A DNA stretch of 64,000 nucleotides from Thermoleophilia bacterium (lineage in GTDB: Bacteria; Actinomycetota; Thermoleophilia; Gaiellales; JAICJC01), in the NCBI GenBank assembly GCA_025928655.1, contig JAICJC010000001.1, positions 2,898-66,897 of the forward strand, read 5' to 3'. The notes under the pieces were generated by a model, which was not told the origin of the DNA, searched no databases, and saw nothing but the letters and a program-made list of their open reading frames with translations. The position numbers and the translations under genes were made by a program. Of the stretch, positions 18,401-25,519 are shown one piece after another (positions within the stretch are counted from its first letter, which is position 1; each line of letters opens with the position of its first letter).

Positions 18401-18486
18401 ACGCGATGGCGCTGTTCGTGCGGAAGGGAAACGTCATCTCGGCCGTCCGGTTAGAGCGAATGGTGACAAGCCAGCAATTGACATGA
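15439..18486 (+). CDS. class III adenylate/guanylate cyclase fused to a STAND (AAA_16-type) NTPase and TPR-like helical repeats
   Basis: The cyclase carries TIVFSDVVGST, EKFIGDAVMAVFG and GDAVNAAARL. Walker A is LGPAGIGKS and Walker B is LLVAFDDIQWAE. A long helical-repeat C-terminus follows. 1015 aa. Confidence 0.85.
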   Translation: MEACNDSREPVAAARVRKTVTIVFSDVVGSTALGERLDPESFQHVMTRYGGAMQRVVELHGGRVEKFIGDAVMAVFGVPVLHEDDALRAVRAALEMRAVLADLNRELDREYGVELGIRLGVHTGEVITDARAEKQGLIAGDAVNAAARLQASAPTGEVLIGPETHRLVAGAVRVRRHGDLELRGKTGRMRTWRVEGLAPDRIRLRRAGGTGMVGRRRELQTLRRRFDASVHGRRCIVTTVLGPAGIGKSCLVRELVADVEPGAGIVVGRCLPYGEGITYWPLKEIVDDLGGVAALERLMPGEEQDALAAAMVSGAIGRSGSTATAQDVQWAVRRLLESVARPRPLLVAFDDIQWAEPPLLDLIEYLAGYLTSAPVNVVCLAREDLLERRPSWATAFGRGATLRLRPLSDTDSARLLRGLAGRQGARLRRFEILAAAEGNPLFLQHLVAMRADDPARAVPPSIQALLAARVDGLPHHARRVIEAASVEGREFHRGVVAALLTDHPDVHVDAGLAELERRELVRPAQRVYAGERGYRFTHLLVRDAAYELIPKRRRADLHVGFAEWLRRPAEEERELDEIIGYHLERAYAYRRELGRVDAPPHRALAADASGFLSAAGRRVLRAGDRAAAAKLLRRAVELRTAGDPERAVLLIDLGGVLREEGRFDEARRALAEALRIAEDPIAARGEVERLLTQLQIDPDRAARHAARLGGRLTRVLADAEDHAGLARLWHLRGLLAWIRAQAGDAAVCWRCAADEAGAAGDARMLADVLGWEASAFMHGPTPVDEAFARCAEIQGQLRGNPWAEALVMHQMAGLHAMRGAFDAAYALLDESNAALDGFSPTVDAAVSHPTVLVAMLAGDPARAEQHLRAGRRQLEAMGERAVLASTEALLARVVLAQGRDAEADRLARRASRLTTDLDAAAQALWRRVGAIVLAGRGRAREAERLAQEAVEFMAGTDYLNDHADALADLARVYNLGGDAEAARQACADAMALFVRKGNVISAVRLERMVTSQQLT

Positions 18487-18517
18487 GACAGTTGGCAATA
18501 TCAGGAGAGGAAGAGTC

Positions 18518-18868
18518 ATGACATCGAAGGTCAACGACAAGCTGCGTCTCAGCCGCGACGGGAAGACCATCGAGGTCACGGGGCCGATTCAGAACTGGCA
18601 GAGCGACGAGGCGGCCGCGGTTTTCAGCGTCGTGATCTCGCAGGCGGCCGGCAACGGCGGGCCGACCACCGCGATCGGGGCGTCGACGCTCACGTATGTG
18701 CCGACGGCGGGCACGTGGACGGCCGAGGCGAGGGTCACGGGCAAGAACATGGAGTTCCACGAAGGCAACGCGACCGCGCACGCCTGGGCGACGATCGCGC
18801 AGCCGGGTGGGGACGCCGAGTCGTATGAGTGGACCGTCCCGACCACCCTTTCGAAGAACGGAGCCTGA
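18518..18868 (+). CDS. hypothetical small protein (paralog 1 of a tandem pair)
   Basis: Strong SD AGGAGAGGAAG lies 5 nt before the ATG. The amino-acid composition is non-shadow. 116 aa. Confidence 0.6.
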   Translation: MTSKVNDKLRLSRDGKTIEVTGPIQNWQSDEAAAVFSVVISQAAGNGGPTTAIGASTLTYVPTAGTWTAEARVTGKNMEFHEGNATAHAWATIAQPGGDAESYEWTVPTTLSKNGA

Positions 18869-19212
18869 TGCATCCCAAGATCGACGAGAACCAGCACCTC
18901 GGCCCCCCGTTCAAGATCACGGGACCGGTCGATGACGCGGCCGCCGGCTCCGGGAACGACGACGACCTCGCGATGGCGATCACCTTCGTGATCACGCAGC
19001 GACAGGGCCGTGTCGTCGCGAAGGGGGTCGGCAAGGGCGACGCCATCTACACCCAGAGCGACAAGGGCGGTCAATGGGCGGGCGCGGTGAAGGTTCAGGG
19101 GACGCCGGCGTTCCAGGCCGGTCCCGCACACATCGCGGCGTTCGCCGCCATCGTCACCGACGAGGGCGAATGGGAGCTCTATCCCTGGGGTCGTGACGTC
19201 AAGCTCTCCTAA
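18868..19212 (+). CDS. hypothetical small protein (paralog 2 of a tandem pair)
   Basis: The ATG overlaps the upstream TGA (TGATG). By-eye alignment with paralog 1 matches at ITGPV, VITQ and EWELYPW. 114 aa. Confidence 0.6.
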   Translation: MHPKIDENQHLGPPFKITGPVDDAAAGSGNDDDLAMAITFVITQRQGRVVAKGVGKGDAIYTQSDKGGQWAGAVKVQGTPAFQAGPAHIAAFAAIVTDEGEWELYPWGRDVKLS

Positions 19213-20363
19213 TCCCTGATCACCCAGAAGAGCGCGGCCGGCCGCTGCGCGATGTTGCGCCAGCCGCGGATGCTCGACCGGTCGGCGAGCAGCGCCTCAC
19301 CCTGCCGCAGCACCGGCCGCCCGCTCGTCAGCTGCACCTGCACGAGCCCGCCGACCACGGCGACGAGCTCGGTGCCCTTGTGGTCGATGTTCGGGGTCGC
19401 GGTCGCGCCCGGGGCGAGCCGCACCAGGTAGGCGCGCAGGCCCGCCTCGGGGTCGTCGAGCAGCGGGATCGGGGTGCCGGTCGGCGTGGCGGCGGGGTCG
19501 TCCCGCCGCCCGAGCCGGTAGCCCGGAGAGACGTGGCCGCGCAGCAGCTCGTCGACGGTGATGTTCAGGTTCGCGGTCAGCGTCAGCAGCGTCTCGAGCG
19601 AGAGGCCGCGCTGGCCGCGCTCGGCCTGTGAGATCGCGCTCGCCGAGACCTCCGCCAGCGCCGCGAGCTGGGCCTGGCTCATCTGGCGCTGCATGCGCAC
19701 GGCCCGCAGCGCCCCGCCCAGCCGGGCCGCGGCCGGCGCCTGGGTCAGCTCGGGCTTCCCGTCGGCCAGCCGGTAGTGGTACACGCTGCCCTGCACGCCG
19801 GCCGGGCGGCCCTCCGCCTTCGCGATGCGCAGGCGCCCGTCGCGGACGACGAGCACGCACTGGGTCACGTCCTCGACGTCGCGCCGCAGCGGCTCGAACC
19901 GCTCGCCCTGCGAGAGCGACCAGTAGGCGATGGCGCCCACCTCGAGCAGGAGCGGGCAGCAGCGGGTGAAGAAGCGCCGGGCCATGTCGGTGCCCCAGCG
20001 GGCCGCCATGTCGTCGAGCGGGTCGAACAGGAGCAGCGTCCGCGCCTGCGGTTTCGAGCGGCGCCGCACCTCGTTCAGGAGCGCGCCCGCCTCGGCCAGC
20101 GGCGTGTCGGGCCGCGCGTCGATGACGCCCAGGCCGGGGTAGTGGCGGAGGATCACCTCCGGCTCGAGCGTCAGGGTGACGTAGGCGGCGTGGTCGTACA
20201 CGTCGGAGTGCTCGGCGACGGCGGTGAAGAACGGCTGGGCCGTATCGGTGCTGTCGGGCTCGAAGACGACGTTGTCGCCCCAATAGAGGCCGTGCAGGGC
20301 GCGATCGAGGTCAGCCACGCCGGTGCTGGCGACGGGGAAGTGCCCGCTTCCTGGATCTGCCAT
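19209..20363 (-). CDS. XRE-family HTH regulator with a C-terminal cupin domain and an N-terminal KaiC/RecA-like domain lacking a Walker A motif
   Basis: N-terminus STGVADLDRALHGLYWGDNVVFEPDSTD (KaiC-like fold signature without GxxGxGKT). HTH MSQAQLAALAEVSASAISQAERGQRGLSLETLLTLTANL. Cupin HKGTELVAVVGGLVQVQL. Confidence 0.75.
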   Translation of the reverse strand: MADPGSGHFPVASTGVADLDRALHGLYWGDNVVFEPDSTDTAQPFFTAVAEHSDVYDHAAYVTLTLEPEVILRHYPGLGVIDARPDTPLAEAGALLNEVRRRSKPQARTLLLFDPLDDMAARWGTDMARRFFTRCCPLLLEVGAIAYWSLSQGERFEPLRRDVEDVTQCVLVVRDGRLRIAKAEGRPAGVQGSVYHYRLADGKPELTQAPAAARLGGALRAVRMQRQMSQAQLAALAEVSASAISQAERGQRGLSLETLLTLTANLNITVDELLRGHVSPGYRLGRRDDPAATPTGTPIPLLDDPEAGLRAYLVRLAPGATATPNIDHKGTELVAVVGGLVQVQLTSGRPVLRQGEALLADRSSIRGWRNIAQRPAALFWVIRD

Positions 20364-20456
20364 CAGGGCCTATGAAGCACTGCTGTCGAAAACAGGGATT
20401 CGCTTCACGATCGCTCTAGCGTACTTCGCAACGAGAGCGAGAGGAGCGAGTTCATC

Positions 20457-20927
20457 ATGGAGACAATCATCGTGGCGCTCGACGGGCCCGAGTCGGAGCG
20501 CGCGCTCCCGGCGGCCCAGGAGCTTGCCAAGCAGTTCATGTCGCGCATCGTCGTCGTGCACGTGAACCAGCTCATGCCCGGCGCCCGCGGCGGCCGCTTC
20601 GCGACCCACGCGGACGAGGACGAGCGTACCGCCCGGCTGCACGAGGTCGTCGCGAAGCTGCGCGCCGAGGGGTTCGAGGCCGACCTGGAGCTGGCGACGA
20701 CGTCGCTCGGCCATCCGGCGTCGATCATCTCCCGCAAAGCGCAGGAGCACCGCGCCGGCGCGATCGTCATCGCCACCCGCGGCCACAAGCCGATGGTGGG
20801 CGTGCTCGCGTCGAGCGTGACGCAGCGGCTGCTGCACGACGCGCCGTGCCCGGTCATGGTCATCACCCCGGCGACGACCCGCGAGACGTTCCACGCGGTG
20901 CGGCGGCAGGAGCCGGTGGCGGCCTGA
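20457..20927 (+). CDS. universal stress protein (UspA family)
   Basis: IIVALDGPESERAL, then AGAIVIATRGHKPMVGVLASSVTQRLLHDAPCPVMVI. SD GAGGAG lies upstream. Confidence 0.9.
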   Translation: METIIVALDGPESERALPAAQELAKQFMSRIVVVHVNQLMPGARGGRFATHADEDERTARLHEVVAKLRAEGFEADLELATTSLGHPASIISRKAQEHRAGAIVIATRGHKPMVGVLASSVTQRLLHDAPCPVMVITPATTRETFHAVRRQEPVAA

Positions 20928-20944
20928 CGGTCGCTTCATAGGTC

Positions 20945-21571
20945 ATGCTGCACCAAGGACACGTCGAACGCGTTCTGGGGCGACGAGGGTCGCGCCGGCT
21001 CGGTGGAGCCCGCGCGATCCTCACGCCGTCCCTGCCCTATCTCGTCCCGCTGGCCGCGGCGATCGCCGCGTCGCTGGTCGGGTTCGAGTCCGCCTCCGTC
21101 TTCGCCGCGGTCGCCGCGTCGGCGGCGCTCTGCGCGCTCGTGCGCATCGGCGTCGAGCACGAGCGGATCGAGCGTCGCCGCGAGCGCGCGGACGGCTGGC
21201 TCGCCACGCGCTGCGGGCACCAGCCGGACGACGAGATGCTGCTCGCCCGGCTGGACGAGCTGCGCGACCCGCGCCTGCGAAGGACGCTCGCGCGCTCGCT
21301 CCGGCGGGTCGCGGGCGACGTCTCGAGCTTCGGCCGGCCCACGACGCCCGCGCAGCACAACCGGCGCACGCTGCGCCCGCATGTCGAGCAGATCCACCGT
21401 CTGGCCGACCGGCTGGACGACCGGACGCGCCCCGCGAACCCGCGCGGGATGGCGATGGCCTACCGCCTGATCACGATGGGCGCCGGGCCGCTCTACAACT
21501 CGAGCCGGGCGCAGGAGCTGCCGGCGCACCTGAACGCCACCCTGGGGGCGCTGGACGAGCCCGTCCGCTAG
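20945..21571 (+). CDS. hypothetical membrane protein
   Basis: 208-aa ORF with high GC3, two hydrophobic segments and varied composition. No recognisable domain. Confidence 0.45.
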   Translation: MLHQGHVERVLGRRGSRRLGGARAILTPSLPYLVPLAAAIAASLVGFESASVFAAVAASAALCALVRIGVEHERIERRRERADGWLATRCGHQPDDEMLLARLDELRDPRLRRTLARSLRRVAGDVSSFGRPTTPAQHNRRTLRPHVEQIHRLADRLDDRTRPANPRGMAMAYRLITMGAGPLYNSSRAQELPAHLNATLGALDEPVR

Positions 21572-21603
21572 ACGTCGCCGCCGCGGGCGACCCGCTCAGC
21601 CCA

Positions 21604-21810
21604 TCAGAGGTCGCTGCGCGGGTCGGCGTCGCGGTCCGACCACATCTCGCCCCGCTGCTCCGCGCGGTTGTCGGCGGCCAGCCCTTCCATGTCGCCCGAG
21701 ATTTCGTCGCGCTCCTCCACGGAACCGCTGCGCATCTCGTCCTCGGCGCGCTCGATCGTGTCGTCGTCGGCCTGCTTGCGCTGCTTGGAAAACCACTGAC
21801 GTATTCCCAT
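21604..21810 (-). CDS. hypothetical small acidic protein
   Basis: 68 aa, rich in D/E, with coding-like third-position GC. No recognisable domain. Confidence 0.4.
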   Translation of the reverse strand: MGIRQWFSKQRKQADDDTIERAEDEMRSGSVEERDEISGDMEGLAADNRAEQRGEMWSDRDADPRSDL

Positions 21811-21819
21811 GCCGAGATC

Positions 21820-22005
21820 CTAGTCCGTCCGTCCCGGCGGAGGCGGCTCGGCGGCCGGTGTGTCGGGCCCATAGTCGGCCTGGAGCTCCTCGGAGAGCTC
21901 GCGCGACCCGGTCTCGGGCTCCGTGTCTGCGGGCGGATGGCCGCCGGCGACCATCTTCGTGCCGCGCGCGGTGAGGCGATCCATGAGGCGGTCGAGCCAG
22001 CTCAT
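21820..22005 (-). CDS. hypothetical small acidic protein
   Basis: The internal ATG (MSWLDRLMDRL...) of the 113-aa track ORF gives 61 aa. It lies directly upstream of the previous small ORF. Confidence 0.35.
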   Translation of the reverse strand: MSWLDRLMDRLTARGTKMVAGGHPPADTEPETGSRELSEELQADYGPDTPAAEPPPPGRTD

Positions 22006-22088
22006 CGGCGCAGTGTAGAGGTTGCAGGGGCTGACGTCGTGTGAGAGGGTGACAGTTCGCACAAGGGTCGGACTGGGAGGGTGGACGG

Positions 22089-23477
22089 ATGACCCGATGG
22101 CACTTGGCCCGAGTGGCGGCGTTTGCGGCGCTTGCCGCGGCCGCCGGCGCGGCCCCGGCACAGGCGGCGCACCACGAGGCCGACGGCGGGCTCGCCGTCG
22201 TCGTGGCGGGCGCGCGCATCGCGACCGCGATGCCGGACGGGTCGGGCCTGGCCACGATCAGCGCCGGCCCCGGCAAGGATCTCGACCCCGCCTTCTCGCC
22301 GGACGGGGCCCGGATCGCGTTCGAGAGCACCCGCACCGGCGGCGGCGACCTCTACGTGATGAACGCCGACGGGACGGGCGTGGTGCAGCTGACCTCCGAT
22401 CCGGGCGAGGACGCGCAGCCGACCTGGTCGCCGAACGGCACCCAGATCGCGTTCACCCGCTGCGGGCCGACGAGCTGCAACATCTGGGCCATGACGAGCG
22501 CGGGGGCGAACCAGCACCAGGTCACGAACGGCCCGGGCAACGCCGACCTCGAGACCGATCCGGCCTGGTCGCCGGGCGGGCACTGGATCGCGTTCCGAGC
22601 CATCCTGGCCGGGCAGCTCTGCAACCGGATCACGATCGTCCACCCCGACGGCACCGGCCGGAAGACCTTGACGACGTGCAGCCGCCAGCCCATGGGTGGG
22701 ACGCAGGACTTCAGCCCGACGTGGTCGCAGAACGGCGACCGGATCGCGTTCTGGCGCTCCTACGACCTGACCGTGCGCCGCCAGGTCGACCAGATCATGG
22801 TGATGCGCCGCGACGGGTCGGGCGTGCATGCCGTGACGCCGGCGTCCATGTCCGCGTCCGATCCCTCCTGGTCGCCGGACGGCACCGAGATCGCCTTCAC
22901 CCGGCAGATCCCGCACGAGCACGACACGATGGTCGTCCGCCCCGACGGCGTCGACCCCATGATGGTCGCCGCCCACACGAAGGCGCCGGCATGGCGGCCG
23001 GTCGCGTGCACGATCTGGGGCAGCGACACGGGCGACATGCTCGCCGGCACGCCCGGGGACGACGTCATCTGTGGCCGGGGCGGCAACGACGTGATCGCGG
23101 GCCGGGGCGGCACCGACATCATCTCGGGCGGACAGGGCGAGGACACGATCTCGTTCGGCTGGGCGCCGGCGAGCGTGCGCATCCGCGTCGACCGGCATGC
23201 CTTCGGTGGAGGCGGGACGGAGTTCCTGTCCAGCTTCGAGGACGTGAACGGCTCGCCGTTCGGCGACGTCATCCGCGGCGGCGCCGTCCCGAACGTCATC
23301 CGCGGCCTGGCGGGCGGGGACACCATCTTCGGCGGGCTGGGCCGTGACCGGCTCCTGGGCGGCAGCGGTGACGACACGATCGATGCGCGTGATGGGCTGC
23401 CGGGGGACGCGGTGAGCGGCGGGCCTGGGGCGGACGTGTGTCGGGCGGATCCGGGCGATGTCGTGCGGCGCTGCTAG
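22089..23477 (+). CDS. secreted TolB-like beta-propeller (PD40 repeats) protein with C-terminal RTX-type calcium-binding repeats
   Basis: Signal peptide AALAAAAGAAPAQA. Repeated motifs DPAFSPDG.RIAF, PTWSPNG, PAWSPGG, PSWSPDG. The C-terminus reads GRGGNDVIAGRGGTDIISGGQGEDTI and GGSGDDTIDA. Confidence 0.8.
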   Translation: MTRWHLARVAAFAALAAAAGAAPAQAAHHEADGGLAVVVAGARIATAMPDGSGLATISAGPGKDLDPAFSPDGARIAFESTRTGGGDLYVMNADGTGVVQLTSDPGEDAQPTWSPNGTQIAFTRCGPTSCNIWAMTSAGANQHQVTNGPGNADLETDPAWSPGGHWIAFRAILAGQLCNRITIVHPDGTGRKTLTTCSRQPMGGTQDFSPTWSQNGDRIAFWRSYDLTVRRQVDQIMVMRRDGSGVHAVTPASMSASDPSWSPDGTEIAFTRQIPHEHDTMVVRPDGVDPMMVAAHTKAPAWRPVACTIWGSDTGDMLAGTPGDDVICGRGGNDVIAGRGGTDIISGGQGEDTISFGWAPASVRIRVDRHAFGGGGTEFLSSFEDVNGSPFGDVIRGGAVPNVIRGLAGGDTIFGGLGRDRLLGGSGDDTIDARDGLPGDAVSGGPGADVCRADPGDVVRRC

Positions 23478-23752
23478 GTCTGCGTCTCGCGGGGTGCGTC
23501 CGCGGACGGCCCCGGATCCTCCGGCACGCGCAGGCCAAACCCGGTCTGGAGCGAGCCGCGCAGCTGGGAGATCGGCGTTCCGCCGTGGCCCCACCGCCGC
23601 CCGCAGACGGTGCAATAGCCCTGCATGGCGCTGAAGACACGGGTCAGAACGACGGTGCATCTGGCATTTGCGCAGTGCCCGTCGTCGTCGAGCTTGGGCT
23701 TGCGGTCTCTGCGGAGTTTCGTGAACGCCGCCCCGTCAGCTCGAGTAGGCAC
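23474..23752 (-). CDS. hypothetical small protein with a possible zinc-ribbon (alternative start at 23626)
   Basis: HCANARC...CTVCGRRW gives a C-x4-C ... C-x2-C pattern. It overlaps the upstream gene by 17 bp if it starts at 23752. Confidence 0.3.
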   Translation of the reverse strand: MPTRADGAAFTKLRRDRKPKLDDDGHCANARCTVVLTRVFSAMQGYCTVCGRRWGHGGTPISQLRGSLQTGFGLRVPEDPGPSADAPRETQT

Positions 23753-24389
23753 GGCTCGCGTCGACGACCTCGCCGCTGCCTTGGAGCATCCCGAGAGCTT
23801 CGCTGCTCGTCATCGGCTGCGAGAACATCGGATAGTCCTGCGAGGTCGCGGACTGCTGCTCCTCGGCGCTCGTGGCGGCGGTGCAGTCGGTGAGCGTGAT
23901 GACGTCGTAACCCTTCTCGTAGGCCGAGCGCATGGTCGACTCGACGCAGCAGTTGGTGAGGAAGCCGCCGAGCATGACCGTCTCGATCTCGCGGCTGCGC
24001 AGGATGAAGTCGAGGTTCGTGGTCGCGAAGGTGTCCAGGCCGCGCTTGCCCTCGACGACGATGTCCGACTCCGCCGGCTTCATGTCGTCGCAGATCTCCG
24101 CGCCCCAGGTGCCCTTGACGAAGGCGGTCGAGTCGATCACGCCCTTCAGGATCCCGTAGACCTTGTCGTGGTTTCCGAGCTCGCCGTAGCCGGGCGCGAA
24201 GGTGATCGGCGCGTGGATGACGGTGGCGCCGGCCTTGCGTGCCTCGTCGGCCATGCGGCGCGAGTTGGCGAGCATGCCCGAGTCGTCCATGACGCCCTTG
24301 ACGGCCTCGTGCAGGGCGCCCCCGTCCGTCGTGAAGTCGTTCTGGTACTCGATCAGGACGACGGCGGTCTTTGCGGGGTCGACATCCAT
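23736..24389 (-). CDS. isochorismatase family cysteine hydrolase
   Basis: AVVLIEYQNDF, KRGLDTFATTNLDFILR and MLGGFLTNCCVESTMRSA (catalytic Cys context). Confidence 0.9.
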   Translation of the reverse strand: MDVDPAKTAVVLIEYQNDFTTDGGALHEAVKGVMDDSGMLANSRRMADEARKAGATVIHAPITFAPGYGELGNHDKVYGILKGVIDSTAFVKGTWGAEICDDMKPAESDIVVEGKRGLDTFATTNLDFILRSREIETVMLGGFLTNCCVESTMRSAYEKGYDVITLTDCTAATSAEEQQSATSQDYPMFSQPMTSSEALGMLQGSGEVVDASRAYSS

Positions 24390-24422
24390 GGTGGCCTCCC
24401 GTGCGCGTGGTGGAATTCGAGT

Positions 24423-25519
24423 CTATCCCCGCACACGGGCCGGGACGAGCTCGGGCCGCCGCTCCGGAGCATCGAGCCACGGCCGCACCTGCTCCAGCGC
24501 GGCGCCCAGCCGGAACGGGGTCTCGTCCTCGTAGGTGCGTCCCACGATCTGGATGCCGACCGGCACGCCGTTGGCGGCGAACCCGGCGGGCACGACCAGC
24601 ACGGGGCAGCGGCTGAGGATGTTGAACGTCGGTGTCAGCATCGACTCGAAGTAGTCCTCGAGCATGCGGCCGCCCACCTCGAGCCCGTGGCCGACGTAGT
24701 CGTCGCCGGCCGCGAGGCCACGCGCGCCGCAGGTGGGGCAGATCAGTGCGTCGTAGCGCTCGAGCAGCTCGCCCAGCGGTGGGTACAGGGCCGCCTCCAG
24801 CTCCAGCTTCTCGAGCATGCCCGCCCCGGCGCCGTTCCGGCGCGCCCAGCGGGGGAACTCGAGCGCATACTCGGTCATGAGCTCGCCGTGCTCGGCCGCG
24901 GTCGCCTCCACCCAGGCCGCGAACATGAGCCCGAAGTGGACTGCGCTCGCCTGCTGGACGGCGTCGCCCGGCAGGTGTAGGTCGACCTCGTCCACCTCGA
25001 CGCCCGCCTCGCGCAGCGCCGTGGCGGCGGCCAGCGTGGCCGCGGCCACGTCGGGGTCGACCGCCCGGTCGCCGAGGTCGATCGACACCGCCACCGCAGG
25101 CCGGCGGCGGGTTCGGGCCGTGCGGGCAGCTCCAGCTTGGGCCGCAGCGAGGCGTGGTCGTGCGGGTGGGGGCCCGCGAGCGCGTTCTCGAACAGGGCGC
25201 AGTCGGCGACCGTGCGGGCCATCGGGCCGCAGTGGCAGTACACGTCCAGGTTGAACGGCGCCTCCTGCGGCACGCGGCCGTACGGCGGCTTGAAGCCGAC
25301 GACGCCGTTGTAGGCGGCCGGGATGCGGATCGAGCCGCCGATGTCCGAGCCGCTCGCGAGCGTCGCCGTGCCCGACGCCAGGGCGGCGCCGGAGCCGCCG
25401 GACGAGCCGCCGACCGCGAAGTCGGGGTTCCAGGGGTTGCGGGTGACGCCCCAGATGCGCGAGTGGGTGAAGCCGGCGCAGGAGAACTCGGGCGCCGTGG
25501 TGCGCGCGTGCACGATGGC
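24423..25519 (-). pseudogene. amidase-signature family amidase remnant: N-terminally truncated and frameshifted near 25091-25097
   Basis: AIVHARTTAPEF...NPWNPDFAVGGSSGGSGAALASG...GGSIRIPAAYNGVVGFKPPYGRVP lies in the frame of ORF 24875..27520. The C-terminal half (VAVSIDLGD...IQIVGRTYEDETPFRLGAALE) lies in the frame of ORF 24423..25688. Roughly 110-125 N-terminal residues, including the catalytic-Lys region, are absent. Confidence 0.6.

Noticed and set aside
18475-18510. TTGACA at the cyclase-STAND stop codon read as the -35 box of a promoter for the small-paralog operon.
   Set aside because: The best -10 candidates (TATCAG at 15-nt spacing, CAATAT at 12 nt) are poor, so no promoter is called. 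The motif is reported only as part of the CAATTGAC over-representation.
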